49,136 nucleotides of DNA from Jimgerdemannia flammicorona (GCA_003990765.1 RBNJ01000032.1:1-49136); one strand, 5' to 3'; counted from the stretch's first letter, positions 32,546 to 45,574 are shown. Notes: generated by a model not told the origin, from the sequence alone. A program made the numbers and translations.

Positions 32546-34546
32546 ATATATAGATAAATTTGATATTATAATAATTCTCAGACTTATTCTAGTTATTAGA
32601 TCAAAAGACAGATAAGTTCTTCTCTTAAACTTAGTAGTAAATCTTTAGACTTATATAATTTAGTAAGTAGACTAAATCAATACCTTTCTTTGGTAAAGTT
32701 CTTTACTTAAACTTAGTGACAAATCTTCTTTATATCAGAAAGTAGACTGAAATTGAATTAGATATTACAACTTACAATCTTCTTAACAGTATGTAACTTT
32801 AGAGTAGGTATTTCTTCTAAGTATTGTAATATTTCTTAGATTAAGTAGCTTTTAGCAGATATATCTCTTGAAGTATATTAGGCAGACTTGTCTTTTACTC
32901 TTTTTTTTTTTTTATAGTTACTCAGACTTCTATATTTATTACAAATTAACCAATCTACTCATATATAATTCAAGAGCCCCATCTCTACCCAATCTCTATC
33001 CAATCTCTCTAGAAGGACTCCCCCCCACTTCTTTATACTTAAAGACTATTATGCCATTAACTACTACTACTCTCTTTCTATTCTACTAATAAATCCCCTC
33101 TACTAGGTAGTGATGCCAAACTCTCTAGAGATCCTATCCTACCTATTAGCTAGATAAAATATCTTCTATCAATACTTTCTATTGTATCATATGCTTCTCC
33201 AAACTTAGCTGCTAACCATCCTCAAAAACATACAGCCAATGTCTAGCTAAGCCCACCCAAATAGCTAAGACATACTCAATAGTGAGCCACTCATTATTCA
33301 CACAGCCTACCAACTATTCTCTTAAATTCTCCCATCTATCTCTCTCTCTATCTACCCTCTATACTACTCCTAGTCAATTCCCAACTACTATCTAGAAGTC
33401 ATCAAGAATCTTACACTCACTTAGTCAATGTTCAGACATCTGTACATAATCTCTCTTTTGACCTACATTAAGACATTCCTCATAATTAAAAAGTATATCC
33501 TCAACCAAATGATCAGACCTAAAGTTTAGTATAATGTTCTTTCTTAATAAATATCACTATACTATCTAGAACTTTGAAAGAAGCCACCATTATACTTTAG
33601 CACTTCAGGACCAGACCTCAGCCCAGTCTCACTCCTCATCAATTCTAGCTACCTACTATCTAACTGGTCACAAATTCTGACTCATTTCTCATTGATACTC
33701 CATACCCTCATCAAGGATAAAGTCTATCAGTAGGAAACTACCCAATAGTAGTCTATCTCAATACTATTTCCTGGGACCCCAATCTAGCTCTCTCTTAGCA
33801 CCATACCAATGCAGATCAATACAATGAGTACTCTCTGCCATCTCCTATCAGAAGTCTTTAAACTACAGATGTCTACTGTTGCCCAGTTCAATCAATGCCA
33901 ACAGGTTATCTAATAAGCCTTTAGGAGAGAATCTCATCTCCCAAACCTTCTGTAACAGTGGCACTCACCCCCCACCCTGTAGCTCAACAGCTCTCTTCAA
34001 CCACCATGCTCACAAATAGTGCAGTTGTCTCAGGAAGTCTACTAGTCCAAGGCCTCCCCTATTCACAGATAGCATCAAGATCTCTCAACTTATCTGATAT
34101 TGCCTTCCAGTCCAGATCTAATTCTTGGCCAGCTTCAACAAACTCTTAACCACTCAGGCTGGAAAGTAAATGATACACCAGATACCACAACTTTGGTAAT
34201 AACTTGTCTTTTACTTTTAACTCAGATTTCAGATTGAGGTTTATTTACTCTTGTCTCTAGAATATTTTATATAAGTATAGTTACTATCTGATTGCTATTT
34301 GGATAATTATAGAATGTATAGTAAGGCCAATTATAGAAGGTATGACCTCTTTTTCCTTCTTAGTACATTGTATCAGACTGGAACAGTGTGCCAGGTTAGA
34401 ATGGTGTATACCAGACTGGAATGTTGTATCAGACTGGAATGGTATATCCTGATTTGGTTGTCCAATTATTGATACAAATTGGTAGTACATGTGAATAACT
34501 ATGTGGGGTACGTCATCTGGCTATACTATAACGTTCACTCGTCACA
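32546..34546 (-). mobile_element. Old B-related LTR remnant interrupted by LINE copy 4
   Basis: Blocks similar to LTR B (gttcttc.cttaaactt, ggcagacttg.ctttt, gaggtttatt.actcttgtctct), ~19-20-bp U3 repeats at 34371-34450, terminal GTCACA at 34546. Confidence 0.75.
32900..34201 (-). mobile_element. 5'-truncated LINE copy 4 with poly(A) tail
   Basis: DWGPRK..DRLLLG matches the ORF2 C-terminal part of copy 1; AATAAA plus A13 tail (32901-32913); TSD ACTTGTCTTTTACT at 32886-32899 and 34202-34215. Confidence 0.87.
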
Positions 34547-35148
34547 ATAGAAATCCTTGCTGCTTTCACTCCATGGGATGGATGCAACGGCCGCGTTGAG
34601 GAAGGAAGATGAGATACTAATGCCGGAAATGTCTTGGCCGCGCTCCAGCACAATTTCCATTAGCTTTCGGAGGATAAGGAAGCTCGCTGCGTGGTAGATG
34701 TCCACAGCAATGGTGATGGTAGTGTCGTTGATCGATTCAGTGTAATGAAACTGAGGACAACACTGAGCACTGCAGAGTTGATGTCGTGGAGGACGACTCG
34801 CTGGGAGATGCTCTCTTGCATGTTTCCGTACAGCATTGCCTTAAAGAATGGGCACCTTTGGAACCGTATAACGTCAGTTAATAGGAGATAGATTTACAAA
34901 CCCCATGAAACGCCATCAAGAACCAATCGAACCCACCTTGCTGCCAGCACAGCACAGCAAGCGCCAAGCTCGACACCATCGGCGCAGACAATGGTTAGGT
35001 CGTGGTAGGCTGTATCTGTCCATATGGAGGCGATGTCGTCCTTGAGGCAAAAACCATTGTTAGATTGCATGACCATGTTTAGTGTTTGTACTCCTTTGTT
35101 TGGGTTGCTGATGTTCGTAACTGTAGATGGCCAATATGTTACATCCAT
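34547..35148 (-). pseudogene. BTB/POZ-domain gene, frameshifted and truncated by the TE island
   Basis: Exon 35148-34937 (DLTIVCADG...AVLAAR), GT-AG intron 34936-34856, exon CPFFKAMLYGNMQES...; 1-nt loss at FI(Y)TE; frame runs directly into the LTR end. Confidence 0.85.
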
Positions 35149-35369
35149 AGGTAATGACAGATAACTATCTAAATTAATATAACCAGAAGAATTGGCATTA
35201 TAATTTAATATATTTACGGCATCATCACAGCTGAAAGCAACGTATACAAATTAAACACAATGAATCCCCCCCCATTTTTTTTTTTTTAATCTTGTGGAAT
35301 CCATCCCTCTCCATGTAATACTGCATTGTAGATTTTAAAGTTCCAATCAGTTCCGTCCAATCCGTTGTT

Positions 35370-35615
35370 CAGTAGATAGGTAAGATCGTTAACCGCCAAT
35401 CCTCTTTCTACGCTTAATAGTCGCTCGGCTATTAATCGCTGTTTGGTAATTATTCGTCATTCTGCAGTTAATCATTATTTTACGGCGTCCTGCGATTCTG
35501 CGGTTAATGTAATCGTCGTTCCATTATTCTACGGTTAATCGTTGCTCTATAATCTTTATTCTTGATCTGTAGTTAATCGATGTTATTTCGGTAGCTCTAC
35601 GATTAATGATCACTG
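35370..35615. repeat. Array of TCTRCGGTTAATC-like motifs, possible non-autonomous DNA transposon
   Basis: About six motif copies with unlike spacers; imperfect inverted ends CAGT..GATCGTTAACCG / CGATTAATGATCACTG; no TSD found. Confidence 0.45.
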
Positions 35616-35757
35616 AGTGATTATATTTCCTTTGTTTGTAATAAGAGGACCAGACCCATTAATCACTCCATACCATACATGCCACTTCCCTTGTCCTCAT
35701 ATTGACACCATCATAGTCATTCCATAAATACGTTGAATCCTCTCAGTCCACCTGATC

Positions 35758-36887
35758 ATGACCACACTAAAGTAAACCTTTTCAATCTCTTGGAAACTCG
35801 AGAGATTGGAGACCCTCGAAAACAAACCGTACAAAAGCAACACATATTATTCGTGCGATATGGACGGCTGGAAATTACATCTGAACCCGGTATCACCTTT
35901 ACGGGAATATCTGTACTTGCGTTTAAACTTTTTACTGGCTAGTATTGTGAGTTATTTCTCTCACCCAACCCTTACCTCCCTTCAAAAAACAAAAACAAAA
36001 AACAATAATTGACGAAAATCCCCGTCGAATTTCATTGTTTGTGTCCGCGGAACATGGGCGGAACACACCAAGATATTTCACATTCGTCGAGACGTAGAAT
36101 TGACTTTTCTTTGCAGGGGGGTGCACCAAACCCAGGTTCTCGAGATGGAAACTCTTGAACCTGAGGATTTCACGCGTGTTCATCAACGCACGGGTATTGT
36201 AAACATATTCAACAAACTCTATTTTATTTTACTTTTATTTTTAGTGTGTTCATAGGTTTCGGCGTTACAAATTTATCCCTATACTATCCAGGCCTCGAAA
36301 TCTGCTCAAGGGAATCTCTTATAAAAAGGCTTGGTGGTCATCCGCTGATTGTGGAGGTGAAGGTTTCGCATAAAATTTGCGACAAACGCCATCGATGTCT
36401 GGAGCAACGTTGGCAAGACAGCATCGAGTCCCTCTACTTTTTTTTTGACAGTAAAATCACGAAGGACGACGTAATCTTCGAAGTGAAAGGCAAGCAGATG
36501 AGCGCCAACAAGACACTCCTGGCTTCCCGATGCGACTATTTCCATTCTATGTTCTTCGGCGGCCTGAAAGAAAGCCAGCCGACGCCTAGTGGTACCGTCG
36601 TCACGGTAAAGGTTGAAGATGCTACACCCGCCTCATTCAAGGTGATGATCTGGTTCCTCTACAGCGGAATTTTTGACCTCTCGAGATTTCCGGGCGCGAC
36701 GGTGGGCGACCTTTGGTGCCTCGCGGATAGGTACCAAATCGAGGAACTCACTCGCAATATCGAAGACGAGATCTTGAATAATCTATCGCATGAAACGGCG
36801 CCCCGGATCCTTTTTGATTTCGCTAATCGATCACCCGTTCTAAAGAAGGATATCATTGATACCTTACGAAGAATCCTGAGGCCTTAA
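35758..36887 (+). pseudogene. MATH-BTB (SPOP-like) gene, probably damaged
   Basis: Clear BTB in 36246-36887 (DVIFEVKGK...LLASRCDYFHSMF...ADRYQIEEL); upstream MATH-like FSISWKLE...GWKLHLNP and ISLFV; stop at codon 6 and no clean exon-2 acceptor or frame. Confidence 0.7.
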
Positions 36888-37133
36888 TTCCTTGAAGCAA
36901 GTTTTGATCGATCACGAAGATTTTGGGAATGTGATGTACGATTTGCTACAAGCATCCTTTGAATATTTTACATTTACGCATAGCATGTCTTGTTTCTATC
37001 GGTTATGGAACTGTTTCTCATGAAAATGTAATACTTGCTATAGGCAATATAATTACGACAATGAGATTGACATGACGTCGATATGAACAAGCTGTGACTG
37101 CTCTCTTTCCTCCTTTCCTTCCGTCTTTCCGCA

Positions 37134-40100
37134 ATGGCAAAACCAGCGACTAAAACATACCTCTCTACCAACAAGCGAAAGCAACTCGATCGTCGTGCGA
37201 AACGGAAGGCCCGAGAAGTTCCATCATCAAACGATGATCCCTACACGTTCTGGTGCGATCGTTCCTCCATTACAAATACCCCAACAAAAACAAGCCAGAA
37301 GAAACCGGTACCAGAGAAGAATCAGCACGATACAATTCGAAAGTCAAAGATGTGTAACTCTACCGTCCAAAGCTGCAAAAAGCGCGCAAATAACATCAAG
37401 ATCGGCCCCCTGTTGTCGAAACACACTCCGATGCCAGTGAGTTCTTCCATCACGTTGAAGGAGATAAACATGAACATCGTGCCACCGCACTCGACCCATC
37501 CAAACCACGCTCCCGCGCAGCCCAATTCATCCACAACCACATCGCCTAGAACGACGAGCGCAAGTGCTCGACTGAACCATCCGGCTTCCGGAATACGTAC
37601 CCCCACCGGACCTCCCTCACTTTTTCCTTCCAATCCGTCAGTCAGAAAGCGCAAACGCATCAATGAGACCCCAGGGACTGACACCCACGCAGGAAGTAAC
37701 GGAAACGCCGAGGGCTTTCAATCTCCGAACAGTAAGCGACGTCGCCTTATCCGGTGGCAATCGACCACCTCTGTCCGCGACCAAACCGTGCGGGAACCAG
37801 ATGAACCGATCCTCGTAGACCTTCGTTATATCCCGCCGATAATTTACCAAACCCCGAACCCACCTACACAGATACCCAGCTCGCAGCCTGTACCGCACTA
37901 TTCGACTTCCAGCAAGCGCTCGACGGACCAGATGCCGGAGACCGCGCTTTCGGTGTTTGATTTCCTGTCCGTCGTGACGCCCAACACCACGAGGCCCAAG
38001 GCCGCAACGCGTTGGGATAGAGGGTCGAAGAATGATACAAACGTGATCGGTGAGGGTAAGAAAACGAGGAAGCAAAAGCAGAAGCAGAAGCTGTGGGGGA
38101 GGATTCAGGTTGAGAATGAGATAGAGGGCGGAGAGAGTGATGATAAGTACGTGGAGGAGGAAGATGTGGAGAATATAAATGCCAATCCAAACGACGAACT
38201 TTACGACACGACACGGCGCCGCACACGAAGGGGCCGAAAGGTAATCCGCTACACGGACTCCGAATCCGAGAGCGAGCCGATTGCCAAAAAGGTCTGCTCA
38301 AAGAACAAATGCAACACAGACACTACAGTGTCATCCATCGCTTCCCCCATCGTCCATTCTACTCGCCTCCGCCAGGCCACCCCGATCTCTACCTGGCCTG
38401 GTCCTCTGCCCATCTCAACGCGTACGCGCTCCAAATTCAAATTCAATCCCAAACCCAACGTACTTCGACTGATATCTCCTCGTACGCCGCAAGACCCATC
38501 GCCTTCCTGTTCGGACTCCATCTCCGTTGTTTGCGAGACTCCACTGCTCGGGTATGGTGCTTACTCTTCGTCCTCCGAGTTGGGCTGCGCGCCGTCCGAC
38601 CCTATAAGTTCGGCTTTTTCGTCACAGACCACACAGGCGGCATCGTTGCAGGCAGATGTGACGCCAAGCGCGTCTGGGCCTATGTTCACGCTGTCGCAGA
38701 TCAGGAGGGCGTTCGTGGTTGGTGGAGCGGAGGGGAAGAAGAATAGCGGTGAGAACGGTCGCGGTGGGGTGAAGAGTACCGAGCGAGCAGGAAAGACGAG
38801 GGAAATCGAGCGAGCTCGGACACGGCGGCAATGGGAGGCTTTGGAGGCGGAATTTTTGCGACCTGAGGAGAGCGAGAGGTCATCTGGGCCAGGGGTTGAT
38901 GAATCCGGAAAGTGCAATGCGTGGTCGTGCGGAATCTTGGTCCAGGATGACGCGACGCTGAAGGCCAAGGCGGCAAATGCCTGGGCGGATTGTTCGGATC
39001 CAATTAAGTCTCCGTCACTGCCATCGATACCCGACTGTGGCGGGATGTTCGTACTGTCATGCGCGGATCGGACGCTGGTGGAATGTGGCGACTATGCGGA
39101 CGAAGGTGGTGTGAGTTGGAAATACGAGGTGAGTGGTGGTGAGAAGGGGGTAGATGGAGGGAGTCATGTCGAAGAGAACGTGGACCGGAGTCGTAGGTTG
39201 AGTGATGTCGATGAGGAAGGTCAGAATTACGGTTCGGACGTTATCGGCAACAAAATAGATTTTGAAGATAGCGATCTGGAGGACCATGCTGATAGTGTTG
39301 TGGATTTGAATTATAACAGCGGCCAGGAGTACCATGGAGAGAGCGATGCGGAGGTTGGTGTGGATTGCATTTATGGCTTAAAGTTTATTGACGGAGAGGG
39401 CGGTGGAAGCGATGTGGAGGAACGTGCAGATTCTGTTTGCGGTTCTACCTTTATCAAAGACAAGGAAGGGGCTAGAGAGAATAATGTGAAGGAATGTGTG
39501 AACGGTTCAAACGCCCTCTCTCAGCGCTCCGATTCCTCGACCCTAGTCGCCTACTCGTTGCTAAGCGTCGTCGCCAAGCCCGATCCGCAAGCGCAACCAC
39601 CGCCACCACACATCACTACACTTTTCTCGACGGAATCTCCCCATCTCAACATCACGCCCTTCGAATCTCCTCAACTGCCCGACTGTCCAACGTCTCCGGA
39701 TCTGTTTACCTCTCCCATAGACGGTGACGACCCTGCCAACGCTACAAGCCAATCTTTTGACTTCCCCTTTCACAACCCAATACGTCCGCCGCCTATTCAA
39801 ACTTTACCCCAACAACCATCCACGGCCTATGGCATGAAACGGCTTTCCGAATACGCGATCCCAAAACTCTCGACTGCGACCTCAAATTCAAGTTCGGCGG
39901 CATTTGTCGAGTCACAGGCGGTTGGGAAACGGTTGTTGTTGGTAGCGAAGGGGAGGAAGGTTAATCCGGTAATCGGTGGGCCTGGAGGTAGTGCGCATGA
40001 TACCGTAACGGCGGCGAGGAAGAGGAATATATGCAGCCTTGTTGAGCAAGGGGTTGTGACGGTGGATGAGAGCAGGAGGCGGGGGGAGAGGTTGCTGGGG

Positions 40101-40299
40101 AATGGAAGGTATGTGTAGCGGATCTTGATTGATTAGGAGTTGGTTGATTGTAATGGTGACTTGTACTTATGCTCTACTTCTCGAACGCAACCTTTGCAGG
40201 ATGCGCTCCAAGTGTGATCATCCCCTAATACCTAACGGTGCGAGTCGTAACGACGTCAAGCTTGTACCACGAGACGACTTTGATACTCTTTTCGGGTGA
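37134..40299 (+). CDS. Uncharacterised ~1024-aa low-complexity protein with basic and acidic blocks
   Basis: 994-codon open frame; probable intron 40109-40199 (GTATGT...TTTGCAG) adds a last exon ending DDFDTLFG*. Confidence 0.8.
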
Positions 40300-41329
40300 T
40301 CTGGGGAAACGGGGTTAAGTGCCGAAATCTGAACTCTAATTCCCATGTATAACTTCTGATATATGTGAATGCGCTGTGTTTCTCTCGTCCATCCATGTAT
40401 CTATATCAATAGCATTGACATAACATGTACAATACTTGCCGTTTTTTTTGCATATATTGCATCTATCAATTTTATTAACTCTTGAGGGCTACCAACTGTG
40501 GCGCAGCCAGCGATGACGCTATTCATTGGTTTCCTCCATAACACACCCCTTTATCCTTTCTATAATTTGAGTCTGATGCCTGCCTCGCCGCGTGCACATG
40601 ATGACTGACCCGTGTGCCGCTAGACCGAAGCTCCTTCGGGATGACTTGAGGCACCGGTCTCCGTTTACATTCCATAAACCACCGTCTCCGATGCGCGGGG
40701 CTTCGTCAAAACAGCTCGTGGGGTTACTCATGATCGGTTTTCCGAGCGTCGTGTTCGCCATGTCGGGCGAGATTGGTTTGTGTGAGCTTGGGTTGATGAT
40801 GAGATCCCGTGAATCGATGCGAGTTCCCCTGTCTTGTTTTCACCTTCGGGTGACGAATGGGAGCTGGTGGTGGCATGAACGCTTGACCGAACGTGTTTAG
40901 GCTTCGCCGACTCTGAAACCCGTTATATCGATTGATCGTTATGCTCTTATATTGTTGGAGCTGCTTTTGTTTTTGCACTTCAATTTTACAAGGTTTATTG
41001 ATGGCCGTTGCAGTTAGTGAATCCATTTCATGTATCATAAGGAATAAACAATAATTGTTCTCGAAAGTTACGAATCTAGCGATTTTTCAACGTGATACTC
41101 TACAATATTACTCCCAGGGAACCGCGAGAAACACAGTATAAATCAAACATGCACTTACTGTCCCGATTCCTTGGTCCACTAACGGTCAAGTCAATAATCG
41201 TCATTAATTATGAGAGACGGATGGTAATAAGGTTGCCTCGTAGTCTTCGGATCCATCAAAGGGATATTTTTCAAAATACGTCATCGTTACTTGGTGAGTG
41301 ATACGGAGAATGTAGATATGTAATGCACT

Positions 41330-41444
41330 ACATCATAAAATATTTTCTAGTCTGTTAGTATCCGCAGCTGGCTGGTATGAAAAACCTCATGCCACGAGCT
41401 CATTTTAATGGAATAACGGGCTCGACAGTTCTCAGGACAAGAAG

Positions 41445-41508
<64 letters not shown>

Positions 41509-43655
41509 TACCTGTGGAAGCGAAACTACCAAATTCGTCATCAACAATTTTAATATGCCCTACCCCAATGCCGCCAAAATCCAATCCCGACAGTAGATCC
41601 GCCTGTCCCATCCCGCCGCTCATCCCCGACGCCGTCGGCGGTGTCACAGGGGCCCATGAGATAGCGGTGTCCACCAGAACGGATGCCGCCGAGGACGCCT
41701 GTTGCGCCGCGAAGATGGCAGATCGGGCGTGATGTGGTGGTGGGGTGGCGATCGCCGGGGTCGGCACGAGGCCTGAGTATGACGCCGGTTGAGGCGCGAA
41801 GGCCGATGCTGGGGACACGAAGGGCTGCTGTGATGGGGATGTAGTTCTTAGCTGTTGATTCTGTGTTTGTGACGACCATGCCAGAGCTGGATTGAATGAT
41901 GGTTGCGGCTGAACTTGCGCGGGTAGAACGGCAGGTGAGGATGTAAATGTGGAAGGCTGTGATGGAGATACTTGTTCGGAGGAGCCGGAGAAAATGCCTG
42001 CGAAGTCGTCCCAGTTGACGGATTTCTTGGACGCGCTTTTTTATATATGTAGGAACATTGTCATGTCAGTGAAGTTCGACGAAGTATAGGATACGAATCC
42101 AGACAACAAATGAGAGAAACAAACCTGGTCATCGACGTGGCAGATCGCGTCGACAGTGCCGGCGATGCCGATTGCACTGGAGTATCGTACGCAGGAGGAT
42201 TGGGTGATCTCTTATCTATTACGCAAAGTGTATCCATGCCGAGTTAACGGGTGAACTCGTCTTTACTTTCACGTCATTTTCTCAGTAAGAAATCTGGAAT
42301 CGAACATGAGAAAGCTTACCCTGCCTGCCAGTAGACCCGAACGAAGACGTGGACTCGTTTGAAAGGACGGATGCGCTGCGTGTTCGTGCTGTGTGTTATG
42401 ATGCGGTTTACCGACACGATCAAGGATAGGATGTTGATTCAGCCAGCCATAATAGCCTCTCACGACACGTACGACTACGCAACCCACTTGCATCACCGGG
42501 AATAGCCATCAGAGCGGTATACGGATAACCGAATGAAGGTCGCCTAACACCCATGTCACACTGTACCTAGCGGAAACACGGGCGTCACCGAGGCCATCCG
42601 TGGTGAAGTATGCGTTGGCGAGGATCCAGTGGGCGCCATTCCATAGACCAGGGACGTTCGTTTGGAATCTGCACGTAATTCGACACAACAAGACAGATCG
42701 TTGGGTCCACCCAATTGGAGAATTTCTCGCTCACCATCGAAAGATTGCAGGTACTTCGCTTACCTGGTGTTGGAGATGCCATCGGGATGGATGACGGCGC
42801 CCATGAGCTGCCGTTGGCTACTGTATGTGATGGTACCGACGATGTCCAGGACATACGCTTGCCGGCCAGATCAGTATTGGGATTGTATGAGGGCTGCTGT
42901 TGTAGCTGGGGCCGGGGTGCGGTCGATGTAAAGGATGACGAGGATAACGAAGAGAGATCCGAGAATGCGTTGAATTGGTCGTTTGATGAGACGGGCGCGA
43001 ACGACTGTGGTTGCACTGATGATGGAGATGGGGTGGCGGCGGTGCTTGTTGAGGAGAAGAAGTCGCCAAAGTCGTCCTTCGGGACCGCCACAGGAACCGC
43101 CACAGGAACCACGGGAGTGGCGAAATCGCCAAAGTCATCCATGATGTTTCTGGATTGTCCGATCTGGGTGGTGGTGCCCCAACCTGTTTGTGGCTGGGGA
43201 GACGCCCATGGTTGATTTTGCAAAGATGATGACCAAGAGTCTGGTTTTTTTAAGGACGCGGAAGGGACACCAAAGACTCCGTTGGTGGCCGACAACGGTG
43301 GCCCGCACGCATTGCCCAAACCCGAAAAGCCCTGGATCGAACTGGCGGTATTGAATATGGAAGATGAGTCGTTGAACGAGGTGTTTGTCGCTGACGGCAG
43401 TCCCGAGGAAAAGTGGGCTGCACCATAGCTGGTGGGTTGAGGCGAGACGAATGGGTTTGTGGAAGGGCCACCGGCGGAGCCGGGCAGGTTGCCGAAGACG
43501 GACGGTTGTTGGTAGAAGAGCTGGTTTTGAGCAGGCAGGGCAGGGGTTGAATTACGTTGCTGCTGCGCGGATGTCTTTTGTTGAGTGTTTGATAACAGGT
43601 CGAGCTCTGCGATTGCGTCCCAATCTGTTTGGTATTTCTTCTGGCTGCCCTGCAT
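41330..43655 (-). CDS. Disordered clathrin/AP-1 accessory-type protein (DDFGDF, DDEFGSF, NPF motifs)
   Basis: ATG 43655; exons 43655-42764, 42668-42567, 42388-42320, 42215-42125, ~42035-41512 with GT-AG introns; apparent frameshift near 41975; last exon and 3' end uncertain. Confidence 0.72.
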
Positions 43656-43752
43656 TATTGGACGCGACTTGGTTGTGCAAGAGGAGGCTTTTGCCCCTGT
43701 CAAGCCATTTTTATATCCAATGACTCAACACAGTCACGCTACGAACCCAACA

Positions 43753-44420
43753 ATGACCCACCAGCCTCCGCTGATACTACCCTCCCTACTCCCTCGCCCA
43801 ATAAACCCGCTATGGTATCCAAAGCCTGCCTGCATCGACAAGAACACCCTCGAACAGGAAGAGGAGGAGTATAAGCGCGTCGTATGTACATTACCCATCA
43901 AAATATACTGCAACTCCCTCCCCCTCCCCTACCCCTCGCAAATATTCCACTCCCCGCCAACTTACTTCCTGAACCTAAACCTTGTAGGTGAAGGAGATCG
44001 CCGAGTCTGGTAACCACTTCAAGCCCATTGGCTTCTCGCCGGAGACCGTTGATGACGACGGCGAGGAGGTGTGTGCAAGTGAACTTACCGCCCGGTGGCG
44101 CAGACCAACTTTTGTCCGCAGATTATGATTGAACTGACTCATGTTTTCGATCTCATTTACGCAGGAAGACGATGATGACGGCGATGAGATGGAGTCTGAG
44201 GAGGAACCCGAAGATGAAGAAATCGAGGATGTCGAGGAGGAGGCAGGAGAAATGACGGAGATCGATGAAGAGGTACGCCTATAGACGTGTTATTGTCATG
44301 CCGTCAGTCTGGATACCTTCTTTGCATGAAGAACCCTCCTACCGATCAATTGACAATTTTCATCTTTGTATGTCATGTCATGTCATCGCTCACTGCCCGA
44401 CGTAGTATATGGCCTCTTAG
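43753..44420 (+). CDS. APC15: Anaphase-promoting complex subunit 15 (~110 aa)
   Basis: Exons 43753-43881, 43988-44068, 44165-44272, 44406-44420; LPSLLPR...PLWY...CID...LEQEE...EIAE...KPIG plus acidic tail parallels human ANAPC15 (FPSLFPR...LWF...CVEE...SIAE...VPIG). Confidence 0.88.
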
Positions 44421-44634
44421 TCATCCAAGCACGATGGTATGGATGGTTTGTAACTGCGTGGTTTGTGGTTCGAAGTTCATGCATGTACAATATAGCTATT
44501 CAATATAGATTTTCCACAATTGGCCATAAGAATTAGTGCAATGTGAGGGGAGGGTACACGTAATCAGACAAGTAGTCACGTCAACACACTTTCACACCTT
44601 GACCCTTTGACCTTGAAACCCTTGAACGAACACA

Positions 44635-45574
44635 ATGGCAACTCCTGAACAGCAAATCGCTCTCTACACAGCAACCCTCAACTCCCCAGACAATGACGAG
44701 GACGCCCTCAAGAACAAGGAGCAGGCCTTGCTCAAGCTTGGCGAAGTTTACAGGGACACAAGGTACATACCTCCCCTCCATCGAAAACGCGTCCTTGCTA
44801 CACACAAGTGCTCTGACACGTCTCTCGCAACTCATGCAGGAAAGCACAGGAGCTTGCCACTCTGATTCGCTCTTCTCGCGACTTCATGTCCTCCATCGCA
44901 AAGGCTAAGACCGCAAAAATTGGTATGCTCGAACCCATGTCCCCACATTTCTGACTCGTTGTCTGTTTTTGTCGTTGAGCCGCATCAATGGCGGGAAGCA
45001 GACGCGACACGAGATTGGAGTGATGCGGCTGAGCATGGGGCAGGCTAAGTTTGATAGCCGGGAGCGAACTGGAGAACGTGCGCCGACTACACGCACATCG
45101 TCCAACCTCGCCATCCTCACTCCCACTCCCCTCCGCCCCTACCTTACTCCATCCAGTCAAAACCCTCATCGACCTCTTCAGCGACATCCCCGACTCACTC
45201 CCTCTCCAGATCGAGGTGTGCAAGGATAACATCGAGTGGTCTGTGCAGGAGAAGCGTATCTACCTACGCCAGTCGCTAGAGACTAGGCTGGTGGCTCTGT
45301 ACCTGGACAACAAGATGTACTCGGAAGCCCTCGCCCTGATATTGGTTCTGCTCAAGGAGCTCAAGCGCCTTGACGACAAGATGGTCCTGGTCGAGGTCCA
45401 GCTGCTCGAGAGCCGCGTATGTCACGCACTGCGGAACTTGCCCAAGGCTAGGGTAAGCTTGTTTGTGCTTCCCAGGAAAATAGTTGGATAATTATAGCGG
45501 AGAGAGGCTAACGGAGGTGGCGGACACGAGGCTATGCAGATCCATTGATTAACATCATACTTCCGTCGTCGACG

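Noticed and set aside
40519-41038. Short minus-strand ORFs in a GC-rich block
   Set aside because: No consistent spliced frame or recognisable motif; could be UTR or a decayed exon.
41445-41506. Poly-Phe and poly-Lys ORFs (also 45575-45604, 48632-48674)
   Set aside because: Mononucleotide runs in introns or intergenic DNA, not coding.
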